Notes under the pieces: model-generated | Told to the model about the DNA's origin: nothing | The model's input: the letters and a program-made list of their open reading frames with translations, nothing else | Databases searched by the model: none | Part shown: positions 10,105 through 17,984 of the stretch, one piece after another | How the letters are laid out: each line of letters opens with the position of its first letter | How positions within the stretch are numbered: the stretch's first letter is position 1 | Assembly (NCBI GenBank): GCA_964524895.1 | Contig: CAZGFG010000005.1 | Location: 5,976 to 69,975, forward strand | Direction: 5' to 3' | Length of the DNA stretch: 64,000 bases | From: an uncultured Gammaproteobacteria bacterium | GTDB lineage: Bacteria > Patescibacteriota > Microgenomatia > Daviesbacterales > UBA10151 | Position numbers and translations under genes: made by a program

Positions 10105-10126
10105 CTTGGTCCAAGCCCTGCAGCCA
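10105..10126 (+). pseudogene. Degenerate 3' fragment of a tRNA-Gln-like gene
   Basis: CTTGGT-CCAAGCCCTGCAGCCA aligns with CATGGTTCGAATCCATGCCCCGCAG of tRNA-Gln, with the T loop collapsed. Confidence 0.5.
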
Positions 10127-10189
10127 TTCGACTCTGGTTCGGCTACGCTCACCATCGCTCACGGCCATGGCCCTGAGTTTATCGTAGGG
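10127..10189. repeat. Nested REP-like cluster (TTCGAC..CGCTCA / CCTGAG..CG.AGGG family)
   Basis: TTCGACT[CTGGTTCGGCTACGCTCACCA]TCGCTCA...CCCTGAGTTTATCGTAGGG. Confidence 0.6.
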
Positions 10190-10215
10190 CTATAACCAAT
10201 ATCGACAAAAGTAGA

Positions 10216-10249
10216 AGGTGTCAACGTAGACCACCTTCCAGGTGGGATT
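10216..10249. repeat. RAYT-associated REP (AGGTGYCAA-N6-CCACC-N5-GGTGG)
   Basis: AGGTGTCAACGTAGACCACCTTCCAGGTGGGATT, near-identical to the RAYT right flank at 58646-58679. Confidence 0.8.
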
Positions 10250-10352
10250 GGAATTACGAAAAGTCTTTTTTAATGTGTGTTAAGTTGTTAACTTCTTGAG
10301 GCTAAGTTACAAATAGTATTCTTAAAAAGACAAGATAGTATATAATCTGGCT

Positions 10353-11228
10353 ATGCCAAGACCTAAAAAAATAACTTCAGAATCAATACCTCAGCAAATA
10401 CCTAATCCTCAACCCAGTCAAGTCACACCCAATAAAAAGATTAAGGTTTTATTCTTTTCTGTTTGTAACTCTTCAATTTCAAACCCACATCTTATTCAAG
10501 CTAAAGATCAAGTTTTAGGAAAAGATGACGACTTAATTTACCTTGTTATTCACACTTATGGGGGAGATGCCTATTCAGCAGTCAGAATTATGAGAATACT
10601 TCAAAAAAGATTTAAAAAAATAGCTGTAGTAGTACCGGATATGGCTATTAGTGCGGGAACTTTAATGGCACTAGGGAGTGATGAAATATGGATGGATCAA
10701 GAATCAAGATTAGGACCACTAGATCTTCCAATAGAGCATCCTTCAGATGGTAGTAGAATATCGTCCTTAGATGTTACTAACACATTAACTAACTTAGCAT
10801 CATTTTATACATCTACAGCTTTAAATTTATATACTAGAATCAGAGATGAGATTGGTCTTAAAAAATCAGAAGCTGCAAAACTAGCATTTAGTTCTACGGC
10901 AGAAATAGTAGAGCCGGTTGCTAGACAGATTGACCCCTATCATCTACAGAAAAGTTTTCGAGAAATTAAAATCGCTCTTTATTACGCTATTGATTTATTA
11001 ACTGCTAGAATGATGAAGACTAACTTCCCTCAAGCAATGAAAACAAGCCGATCTCTGGTAAATGATTATCCGGCACATGAGTACGCAATTTTTAGAGATG
11101 AAGCTAAAGACTTACTAAATTTGAACATTAATCACATTGAAAATTTAACAGAATGGTCTACCATTAAACCAGAATTTGATAGATTACTTAGTAGTAAGAG
11201 AGATGCTATTATATTTAAGGAGCTATAA
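10353..11228 (+). CDS. ClpP/SppA-class serine peptidase (SDH_sah-like)
   Basis: LVIHTYGGDAYSA, AISAGTLMALG, SRLGPLD, YPAH. Confidence 0.82.
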   Translation: MPRPKKITSESIPQQIPNPQPSQVTPNKKIKVLFFSVCNSSISNPHLIQAKDQVLGKDDDLIYLVIHTYGGDAYSAVRIMRILQKRFKKIAVVVPDMAISAGTLMALGSDEIWMDQESRLGPLDLPIEHPSDGSRISSLDVTNTLTNLASFYTSTALNLYTRIRDEIGLKKSEAAKLAFSSTAEIVEPVARQIDPYHLQKSFREIKIALYYAIDLLTARMMKTNFPQAMKTSRSLVNDYPAHEYAIFRDEAKDLLNLNINHIENLTEWSTIKPEFDRLLSSKRDAIIFKEL

Positions 11229-11231
11229 TTT

Positions 11232-11474
11232 ATGCCAAATGATCCAATTAAAAAAGATAAAAATGAAAAAGAAGACGTTAAAGATACAAAGGTAAAAGTT
11301 AGCGAAATTATAGATTTTGGACAAAAAATCAGCAATGATTGGTTAGAGGCTGAAACCCAACGAAAAGTTCAGGTGAAACAACAGAAACAGCAAAACAAAA
11401 ACCAAGATCAGGAACCAGAGGAGGAAGAACAACCTCCAGTAGTCCAGAACCCCCGTTCATATAATTATTACTAA
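11232..11474 (+). CDS. Small charged/disordered protein co-transcribed with the peptidase
   Basis: AAGGAG upstream; starts 3 nt after the peptidase stop. Confidence 0.65.
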   Translation: MPNDPIKKDKNEKEDVKDTKVKVSEIIDFGQKISNDWLEAETQRKVQVKQQKQQNKNQDQEPEEEEQPPVVQNPRSYNYY

Positions 11475-11528
11475 ATTAATTCCTGGTTACTTCGTTAAAG
11501 TTGAGTAATTCCCATATTAATCCTATAG

Positions 11529-11557
11529 TTGACGGTTGTTGGCAATCATGTTATACT
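11529..11557 (+). promoter_or_regulatory. Sigma70 promoter
   Basis: TTGACG-17 bp-TATACT with extended TG. Confidence 0.8.
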
Positions 11558-11567
11558 AAAAAAAGTT

Positions 11568-11636
11568 ATGAATATTAACTACAGCAATAATTATTGGTTT
11601 TTCTTTCATCCTCTCCAAAGGGAGGCTGTGCTGTAA
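11568..11636 (+). CDS. Attenuator leader peptide MNINYSNNYWFFFHPLQREAVL
   Basis: 22-aa uORF with a Y-W-F-F-F-H run, just upstream of alternative hairpins and a terminator. Confidence 0.75.
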   Translation: MNINYSNNYWFFFHPLQREAVL

Positions 11637-11680
11637 TGCTTAAATAAGCAAAACAGTTTTACAAGGAAAACCTTGTTACA

Positions 11681-11704
11681 GACCTCCTGAAAGGGAGGTT
11701 TTTT
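11681..11704 (+). terminator. Attenuator terminator hairpin
   Basis: GACCTCC-tgaaag-GGAGGTT followed by a T tract; the 5' arm can alternatively pair with GGAGGCTGT (11621-11629). Confidence 0.8.
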
Positions 11705-11723
11705 GTGGTTAAAAAGGAAAAAT

Positions 11724-14258
11724 ATGAGCAAAGAAATTGAAAACGGAAATCTAAATATTGAATCAAACGGAATAGTGGCTACTAATAGTGCTGAAAAACG
11801 CATAGGGTTAGTTGCTTCTGTTCAAAAGTTAGGTGATTTAGTAGAATTTATAGAAGGAGGAGAAAATGCGCCCGGAGCTTTAGCAACCGAGGATGCTCTA
11901 TTTGCCAACATTCCACCCCTCAGCTTTCTCGCGGATGGATCTATTAAGAATGCCAGAGGTGGTAAACTTGTCAAAAACTCAGGTCTTGAAGCCCGTTTTG
12001 CCTCATTGTCCCCAAAGCAAATAGATCAGATTCAAACCCAAATTGACCTGTTTCTAAACACCGTATCAGTTATTGGTAATCTTGCTTCCGCCAGGCGATT
12101 AGAACCTTACTTACCAGTTGTGCTTCCCAGTACTCAAGCAGGATTTAAAACTTTAAGGAAGATCGCTGAGCAATATACCAAAGCAATACCTATTCCTGAA
12201 GGAAATAGCTTAGGAGATATTCCTGCTACGTTGAAAGCATTAACAAATCTTGATGAACAATTAAAAGCTACTGGTTTAAAAGACCCGGCAGTTATTGAAG
12301 CTTTAAGTGCCTCTGCAAAACAACAAGCAGAAGTTAGATTGGAAAAATCAAAAATAGATGGTTCCAAACAGGTTGCTCAAATTAGGGCAGAACTAGCAGA
12401 GCAGAAGATTTATGATTTGAAAAGAGAGCTTGTGGAAGAACCGGGCCCACGCATATTTTCAAGGTATCAAGCATTGGTAGATCAGATTATTGCGGATGCC
12501 ACCAAACTTAACAATGATGAGTTATCAGTTGTTCGCGGGGTAGGAATCCCGAAAATTTCAGATGAACGTTCTATATATAAATTTGCTGGAAATAAATTAC
12601 GAAAGCAATTAGAGGATGAGGTTACAGATGATGAGATTATGCCAGTCCTTACTAAAGCGTTTATCAAGGAAATACTCTCCAGCAGAGCACCAGAAGTAAT
12701 AGATACTGCTATAACACAACTTGGAGTTGAAAGAGAGGCCGTACTGAAAGACCCTAACAAGCTTGAACAATTAGAAGGTGAGATAATTGCTCGTGGATTA
12801 GAATTTCTAATCGCTAGCTCACTAGAGGAATCAAATACAGAAAAAGCACTTACCATAACAGACGCTGAGCGAAAAAGGCTGAGGGAAGCTTCACTAGCTT
12901 TATTTAGAGAACAAGAGTTAAACAGAAGTGCCTCATCTTCAGAGACTAGGTTGCTTTTGGATCAAAGTATTGAAACTCCTAACACTGCTAGTTTAGGTGC
13001 GATAAGTTTGAGAAGAGATATTAAATCTACACTAGGCCCATTCCAAATTTATCCAGAATATAAGACTACTTACCCACCTGTTGTCCTACAGGCTTTGGGG
13101 AATTTATATGCAGAATATAACCAGGCTTTTCGTCGCTTGGTGGCAGCTAATAGAGAGTATGCAACAGATTATCAATATTGTCTGACACCGGATGGAACTC
13201 CAATTAACAGCTTCATTCAAATTGACATGGTTGGATTACCAACTGGGTTTTTAGAGCAAGCAACAACTTTAAGAGAAGAAGATATAAGCGAAGCTTTAAG
13301 AGGTAGGATCTTTGAAATAGAAAATTCTATAGCAATGTACTCGCTTCTAGAGTACTTCTTTTCAGATGGAACTCAAGATACTCTTTTTAAGAGGCAATTC
13401 CGTGCTGGTTTAGATAATATAAGGCGAAGGTACGGACGACCAATTGCTTTACTCGCTGTTACTGACCAAAAATATCAGGCAATGAGAGAGACTGAATTCG
13501 GTAAAAGAGATTGTGAGCCATTAACTGATGGTGAGGTGAGGGAGTATTCAGGATTTGATAAGTTTTTCTCTCCGGAGGAGTTCAAAAAATATTTAGAGGA
13601 CAATGGTGGTAACTCTGATTATCTTTTATACGTTCGTTCTTCTGACCCTGTAGCTAAAATGAAAAGGCCAGAGTTGCTAGTGAGGGAGCCGCTATTAGCA
13701 GATGATGAAATGAGAAGAATAATTAAAGCTAATGCTCTCACTTTTAACATTGATAACCCCAACTTGCCAATTGGAGATAGCAGGCGTATAAATGATACAA
13801 AGGAATACCTTGGGGCAATGGGTATGGCTTTCCCAGTCTATTATGGTGAAGATTTAACCTCTGAAGAATTTGGCTCCTATTTAAGATCACAAGGTGTAGA
13901 TCCATCAAGAGTTAGATCTGGAGAGTTACTATTGCGTGCTAAACCGATGAAAGGAACTTATGGAGGATATGGTCATTTTCGTGGTACCTTAGGAGATTCA
14001 AGATTTAGACGAGAACTACGAAATGCTCTATTAAAAAGAGGCTCGTACATTGTCCAACCTGAATTACAAAATCCTACGATAACAAATCAGGATGACGGGC
14101 GCTCCTATATGTATATAGATAGGGTCTTTTTCTCCAACGATGGTCAGAATTACAGGTTTATGGGTGGTGAAAGAACACTAATGCCTATTGATTCTAATGA
14201 GGCCCAAAATAATAGGGTTCACGGAAATAGTTCCTCAGTGTATGCTGAGATAATATAA
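11724..14258 (+). CDS. Large uncharacterised protein: helical N-terminal half plus C-terminal ATP-grasp-like (circularly permuted type) amide ligase domain
   Basis: QID...FEIEN, RAKPMKGTYGGYG, YIVQPE and IDRVFF resemble ATP-grasp motifs; ATG at 11724 follows AGGA. Confidence 0.6.
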   Translation: MSKEIENGNLNIESNGIVATNSAEKRIGLVASVQKLGDLVEFIEGGENAPGALATEDALFANIPPLSFLADGSIKNARGGKLVKNSGLEARFASLSPKQIDQIQTQIDLFLNTVSVIGNLASARRLEPYLPVVLPSTQAGFKTLRKIAEQYTKAIPIPEGNSLGDIPATLKALTNLDEQLKATGLKDPAVIEALSASAKQQAEVRLEKSKIDGSKQVAQIRAELAEQKIYDLKRELVEEPGPRIFSRYQALVDQIIADATKLNNDELSVVRGVGIPKISDERSIYKFAGNKLRKQLEDEVTDDEIMPVLTKAFIKEILSSRAPEVIDTAITQLGVEREAVLKDPNKLEQLEGEIIARGLEFLIASSLEESNTEKALTITDAERKRLREASLALFREQELNRSASSSETRLLLDQSIETPNTASLGAISLRRDIKSTLGPFQIYPEYKTTYPPVVLQALGNLYAEYNQAFRRLVAANREYATDYQYCLTPDGTPINSFIQIDMVGLPTGFLEQATTLREEDISEALRGRIFEIENSIAMYSLLEYFFSDGTQDTLFKRQFRAGLDNIRRRYGRPIALLAVTDQKYQAMRETEFGKRDCEPLTDGEVREYSGFDKFFSPEEFKKYLEDNGGNSDYLLYVRSSDPVAKMKRPELLVREPLLADDEMRRIIKANALTFNIDNPNLPIGDSRRINDTKEYLGAMGMAFPVYYGEDLTSEEFGSYLRSQGVDPSRVRSGELLLRAKPMKGTYGGYGHFRGTLGDSRFRRELRNALLKRGSYIVQPELQNPTITNQDDGRSYMYIDRVFFSNDGQNYRFMGGERTLMPIDSNEAQNNRVHGNSSSVYAEII

Positions 14259-14267
14259 AATGAAACT

Positions 14268-15338
14268 ATGTTAAATAAAATTATAGCTTTAACCAAAGAA
14301 TTTATTTCTATTAAATCGAACTCTGAAGATACATCCGAGTTAGATAAGATGTTAGGAATTGCTTTATCAAACTTAAAGGAGTTTACTATTGAGCGATTTG
14401 AAAATAAAGGTGTTAAGAGCGCCTTAGTTTACAATGCTAAAAAAAGACCAAAAAAATTTAGGATTATACTTAATGGACATTTAGATGTAGTTCCAGGTAA
14501 GGACTATCAATATTTGCCAAAAATTAAAGGTGATAAGCTTTATGGAGTTGGGTCAATGGACATGAAGGCCAGTGTTGCTTGTCTTATTATGGTCTTCAAA
14601 GAAGTAGCAAACAAAGTTGATTATCCGCTTGCTCTGCAATTGGTTACCGATGAGGAAATAGGAGGTTTTAATGGCACAAAATATCAAGTAGAAAAGGGTG
14701 TAAAAGCAGATTTTGTAATCGCTGGTGAAAGCACTGGTCTTCAGATTGCAAATAGGGCGAAAGGGATTTTACAAGTAAAGATTTCTACTAAGGGTAAAAC
14801 TGCTCATGGAGCCTATCCATGGAGAGGAGTAAACGCAATTTGGAAAATGAACCAATTTCTCAACTCATTATCAAAACAGTATCCAATTCCTTCTCAACAA
14901 GAATGGGTAACAACTGTTAATTTGAGTAAGATCGAAACAACAAATAAGTCTTTTAATAAGATTCCGGATGACTGTGAAATCTTGCTTGATATTCGATATA
15001 TTCCAGAGGAAGCAGATACTATAGTTAATGATATAAAAGAACTGCTACCCAAAGGGTTTAAGTTGGATATTGTCGAAAAAGAGCCGGCTTTGTTTGTTGA
15101 TGAAAATAACCAATACCTAAAAACACTTCAGAGTGTGGCTGAACAGGTTACCAAGAACAAGGTGCGCTTTTATGGTGCGCAGGGTTCTTCTGACGCTAGA
15201 CATTTTACCAGAGTAGGTACTGATGGAATTGAATTCGGACCAATAGGTGAGAATATTGGAAGTGATGATGAATGTGTAAGCATAAAAAGTTTGGAGCAAT
15301 ATTATCAGACCCTTAAAAACTTTCTATTAGCAATATAA
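14268..15338 (+). CDS. M20-family metallopeptidase (DapE/ArgE-like)
   Basis: NGHLDVVP, GSMDMK, DEEIGG, GKTAHGAYPW, GSSDARHF. Confidence 0.92.
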   Translation: MLNKIIALTKEFISIKSNSEDTSELDKMLGIALSNLKEFTIERFENKGVKSALVYNAKKRPKKFRIILNGHLDVVPGKDYQYLPKIKGDKLYGVGSMDMKASVACLIMVFKEVANKVDYPLALQLVTDEEIGGFNGTKYQVEKGVKADFVIAGESTGLQIANRAKGILQVKISTKGKTAHGAYPWRGVNAIWKMNQFLNSLSKQYPIPSQQEWVTTVNLSKIETTNKSFNKIPDDCEILLDIRYIPEEADTIVNDIKELLPKGFKLDIVEKEPALFVDENNQYLKTLQSVAEQVTKNKVRFYGAQGSSDARHFTRVGTDGIEFGPIGENIGSDDECVSIKSLEQYYQTLKNFLLAI

Positions 15339-15491
15339 ACTTAGGCAGGTTATAAAAATGGATCAGCTAAATTCTTAGGTAGAGCAATAGTTTATTTATA
15401 AAGAATTTGTTGCATGTAATTGAAGCTATAATCTAATGGTTGGTATGGTATAGTCCATTCATAGGTTCTGAATGTATTGAGCAGAGCCAGC

Positions 15492-15581
15492 ACTTCTTCG
15501 CCCTACTTCGTCGGTCTCATCAGTGCCTTTGGCCCTTCCGATAAAAGGCGAAGAAGTCCCTGAGGAGTCTGCGACGAAGGG
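15492..15581. repeat. Structured palindromic repeat cluster upstream of the GIY-YIG gene
   Basis: ACTTCTTCGCC...GGCGAAGAAGT inverted repeat; CCCTGAGGAGTCTGCGACGAAGGG. Confidence 0.65.
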
Positions 15582-15593
15582 TATAATGAATTA

Positions 15594-15836
15594 ATGCCTT
15601 TCTTTGTGTATATCTTAGAATGCTCGGATAAAAGCTATTATGCCGGTTGTACTAATAATTTAGAACACCGCCTAAAACAGCATAATGACTCTAAATGGGG
15701 TGCTCACTACACTAAAATCCGAAGACCCGTGATTCTTAAATATTTTGAAAACTACCCAACTCTTTCAGAAGCCAGAAGAAGGGAGTCTGAAATTAAAGGT
15801 TGGAGAAGAGAAAAGAAAGAAGCCCTTTGGAAATAG
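15594..15836 (+). CDS. Small GIY-YIG nuclease (UPF0213/YhbQ-like)
   Basis: FVYILECSDKSYYAGCTNNLEHRLKQHN, GAHYT, ARRRESEIK. Confidence 0.9.
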   Translation: MPFFVYILECSDKSYYAGCTNNLEHRLKQHNDSKWGAHYTKIRRPVILKYFENYPTLSEARRRESEIKGWRREKKEALWK

Positions 15837-15908
15837 TGCCAACCTAGACCACTCTTCGAGTTCCTCGAATCTGAATGATCTCGGAATCGAAGACCCCCCA
15901 GGTGTGAT
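15836..15908. repeat. RAYT-type REP interrupted by a second hairpin
   Basis: GTGCCAACCTAGACCAC[TCTTCGA...TCGAAGA]CCCCCCAGGTGTGAT. Confidence 0.55.
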
Positions 15909-15968
15909 AGGATGACACATAAACCTATAGTTTGTAATACCACCTAGAGACTGCTATAATAAAGTTCT

Positions 15969-16505
15969 ATGCTCGAACGCCTAGATGCTTACAAAACTTA
16001 CCAATCTGACAATATATACCACGCCTTTCGATACCTGGTGGAAAATGTAACAATTGACACCCCCAGATTAAGCCAAGAGTTAGCAACTTTCCCAGGAGGT
16101 AGAGAAAATACATATAGATTACTGCTGGGAGTTTTATTGGCTGATGGAAATGTAGCCTGGTCTCCTGATGCTCCTTCACATCCTGCAATACTGCAGGCTG
16201 AAGGAAAAGGCCGCGGAGATACTTTAGCCTACTTCCAGATCGGCTACCCTGTTTGCCCGGGTCCAAGCAAAATAATCATTACAGGCTTGGATGAAGTAGG
16301 GACAAAAGCATTAACCGAATATATAGTAGCAGCTCGTCCTGACCCTAGGAGTTCATTATTCGTACAGCAAGTAGACAATCTGCCGGACGTAGGTCAGATA
16401 AGAAAAATCTTTCAAGGTACAGTAAGGCGTTATGAATTTTTAGAAAATCTAAGAAGAGGTGCGCCAATACTTGCAGCAAGGATTTACCATTTTATGCCTA
16501 TATAG
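15969..16505 (+). CDS. Hypothetical protein
   Basis: 178-aa ORF with TGcTATAAT just upstream. Confidence 0.65.
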   Translation: MLERLDAYKTYQSDNIYHAFRYLVENVTIDTPRLSQELATFPGGRENTYRLLLGVLLADGNVAWSPDAPSHPAILQAEGKGRGDTLAYFQIGYPVCPGPSKIIITGLDEVGTKALTEYIVAARPDPRSSLFVQQVDNLPDVGQIRKIFQGTVRRYEFLENLRRGAPILAARIYHFMPI

Positions 16506-17970
16506 CATCAGTTTTGGAAATTTTGTAGATGGTAATATCTCCGGATTTATAAACTTCTCTATTTATAAAATATTTTCTGCCAAATTCCTCCGTTGCCCAC
16601 ATTTTAAATCTGTCAATATCATAGTAGGGAGTTTCGGAAAAAATTAGCAACTCTTCTGCAGTTTTATAATCATATTCGGATTTAGGTTTAAACCCATATT
16701 TTCTAAAGAAAAACCTTAAGTCATAACCCGTCGTAACCAAAGCATAAGCATCAGAGACCTCTATAAGATTAAAGGAGGCCTTTTTATTTACTAACCCATT
16801 ATCAACAGCATATTTGACTGCACTTTCTACATCCTGAAAACGTTTTACCGAATCCTGGTAAAGATATTTGGGGAAAAACATAATTTCTAAAAAAACTATT
16901 AAAAAAATTAAAATCCAAAAACGGGATACCAATAAGATTAAAACTGCTGCAAATGGAATGAAAAAAGCCAGTGGGAAAAGATAATGGTCTTCGTAGTGAG
17001 TGTGTAAAATTAAAGCCAGTAAAGCAAGACCTAATAGGGAGCTTACAAAAAGAAACAATGACCTCTTAAAATATAAATCCATTTTTATTTTCTTAAGAAA
17101 TTTAAACTGTAACAATATCACCCCAAACATCAAAGCAAATAAGGTAAGCGGTTCAAATAGAGTAAACTCCTTCAGTTTGGAAGATATAAACAGAAAAATG
17201 CTTATTGTAGGACTATTGTTTAATGCCAGTTGCGGTTTACTTTTGCTGGCAATAAAAGAATTAAAAGATTGGTTTACAAAAGTATCTTTGGTCATCACAA
17301 AATCATGTTTTATTTCAAATAGAGCCAAGGGTATGAGGGTAATGATTCCTCCTAACAGGAAAAGAAGGAATATTTTCTTTTTCTTAAGAGAAATGAACAA
17401 GTATACAGCCAGTGGTAGGAGCACAAATATGCTGATAGGATGAATATTAAATATAAATCCTGCCAAAAGCCCTAACAAAAACAGAGATGTTTTTTTCTTA
17501 AAGTTGTAAAAAAGGATTAAAGTAGAGAGTATTAACAAAAAAGGGAAGTAAGTATATCCGTTGCTTGGATGCCTTGCACTTAAAATAAAAAAGGGTAGCA
17601 ACCCTATTGCCAGGGAAGTAAGCAGGGCTTTGTGGAGTCCATATTTTTTAAAGATTGTCCAACAAAAAAATCCTATCGAGACGGAAAAAAGCAAGGCATG
17701 GAAATAGAGCAGGACAGAAATATTGTAACTACCAAATAAAAGTATCGGTGCAAACAGGTAATATATATACGGCCCACTGTAATATCCACCCAAATTCATC
17801 TTAGGCCCAATTAATACAATGTCACCTTGAGCTATTCTAAGGGAGTGATATATATCCCTGCCAAAATCAGTAGTCAAAACAAATGCATCATTTAGCCGGT
17901 AAGAGTAAATTAGAAATAGAATAAACCCGACCAAAAAAGAAATAATAAACTCTTTTTTTAAGAAAAACAT
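16498..17970 (-). CDS. GT-C (ArnT/PMT-like) membrane glycosyltransferase
   Basis: DFGRD, LIGPK, GPYIYY motifs and many TMs. Confidence 0.75.
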   Translation of the reverse strand: MFFLKKEFIISFLVGFILFLIYSYRLNDAFVLTTDFGRDIYHSLRIAQGDIVLIGPKMNLGGYYSGPYIYYLFAPILLFGSYNISVLLYFHALLFSVSIGFFCWTIFKKYGLHKALLTSLAIGLLPFFILSARHPSNGYTYFPFLLILSTLILFYNFKKKTSLFLLGLLAGFIFNIHPISIFVLLPLAVYLFISLKKKKIFLLFLLGGIITLIPLALFEIKHDFVMTKDTFVNQSFNSFIASKSKPQLALNNSPTISIFLFISSKLKEFTLFEPLTLFALMFGVILLQFKFLKKIKMDLYFKRSLFLFVSSLLGLALLALILHTHYEDHYLFPLAFFIPFAAVLILLVSRFWILIFLIVFLEIMFFPKYLYQDSVKRFQDVESAVKYAVDNGLVNKKASFNLIEVSDAYALVTTGYDLRFFFRKYGFKPKSEYDYKTAEELLIFSETPYYDIDRFKMWATEEFGRKYFINREVYKSGDITIYKISKTDAI

Positions 17971-17984
17971 AGAGAAATTTGCAT

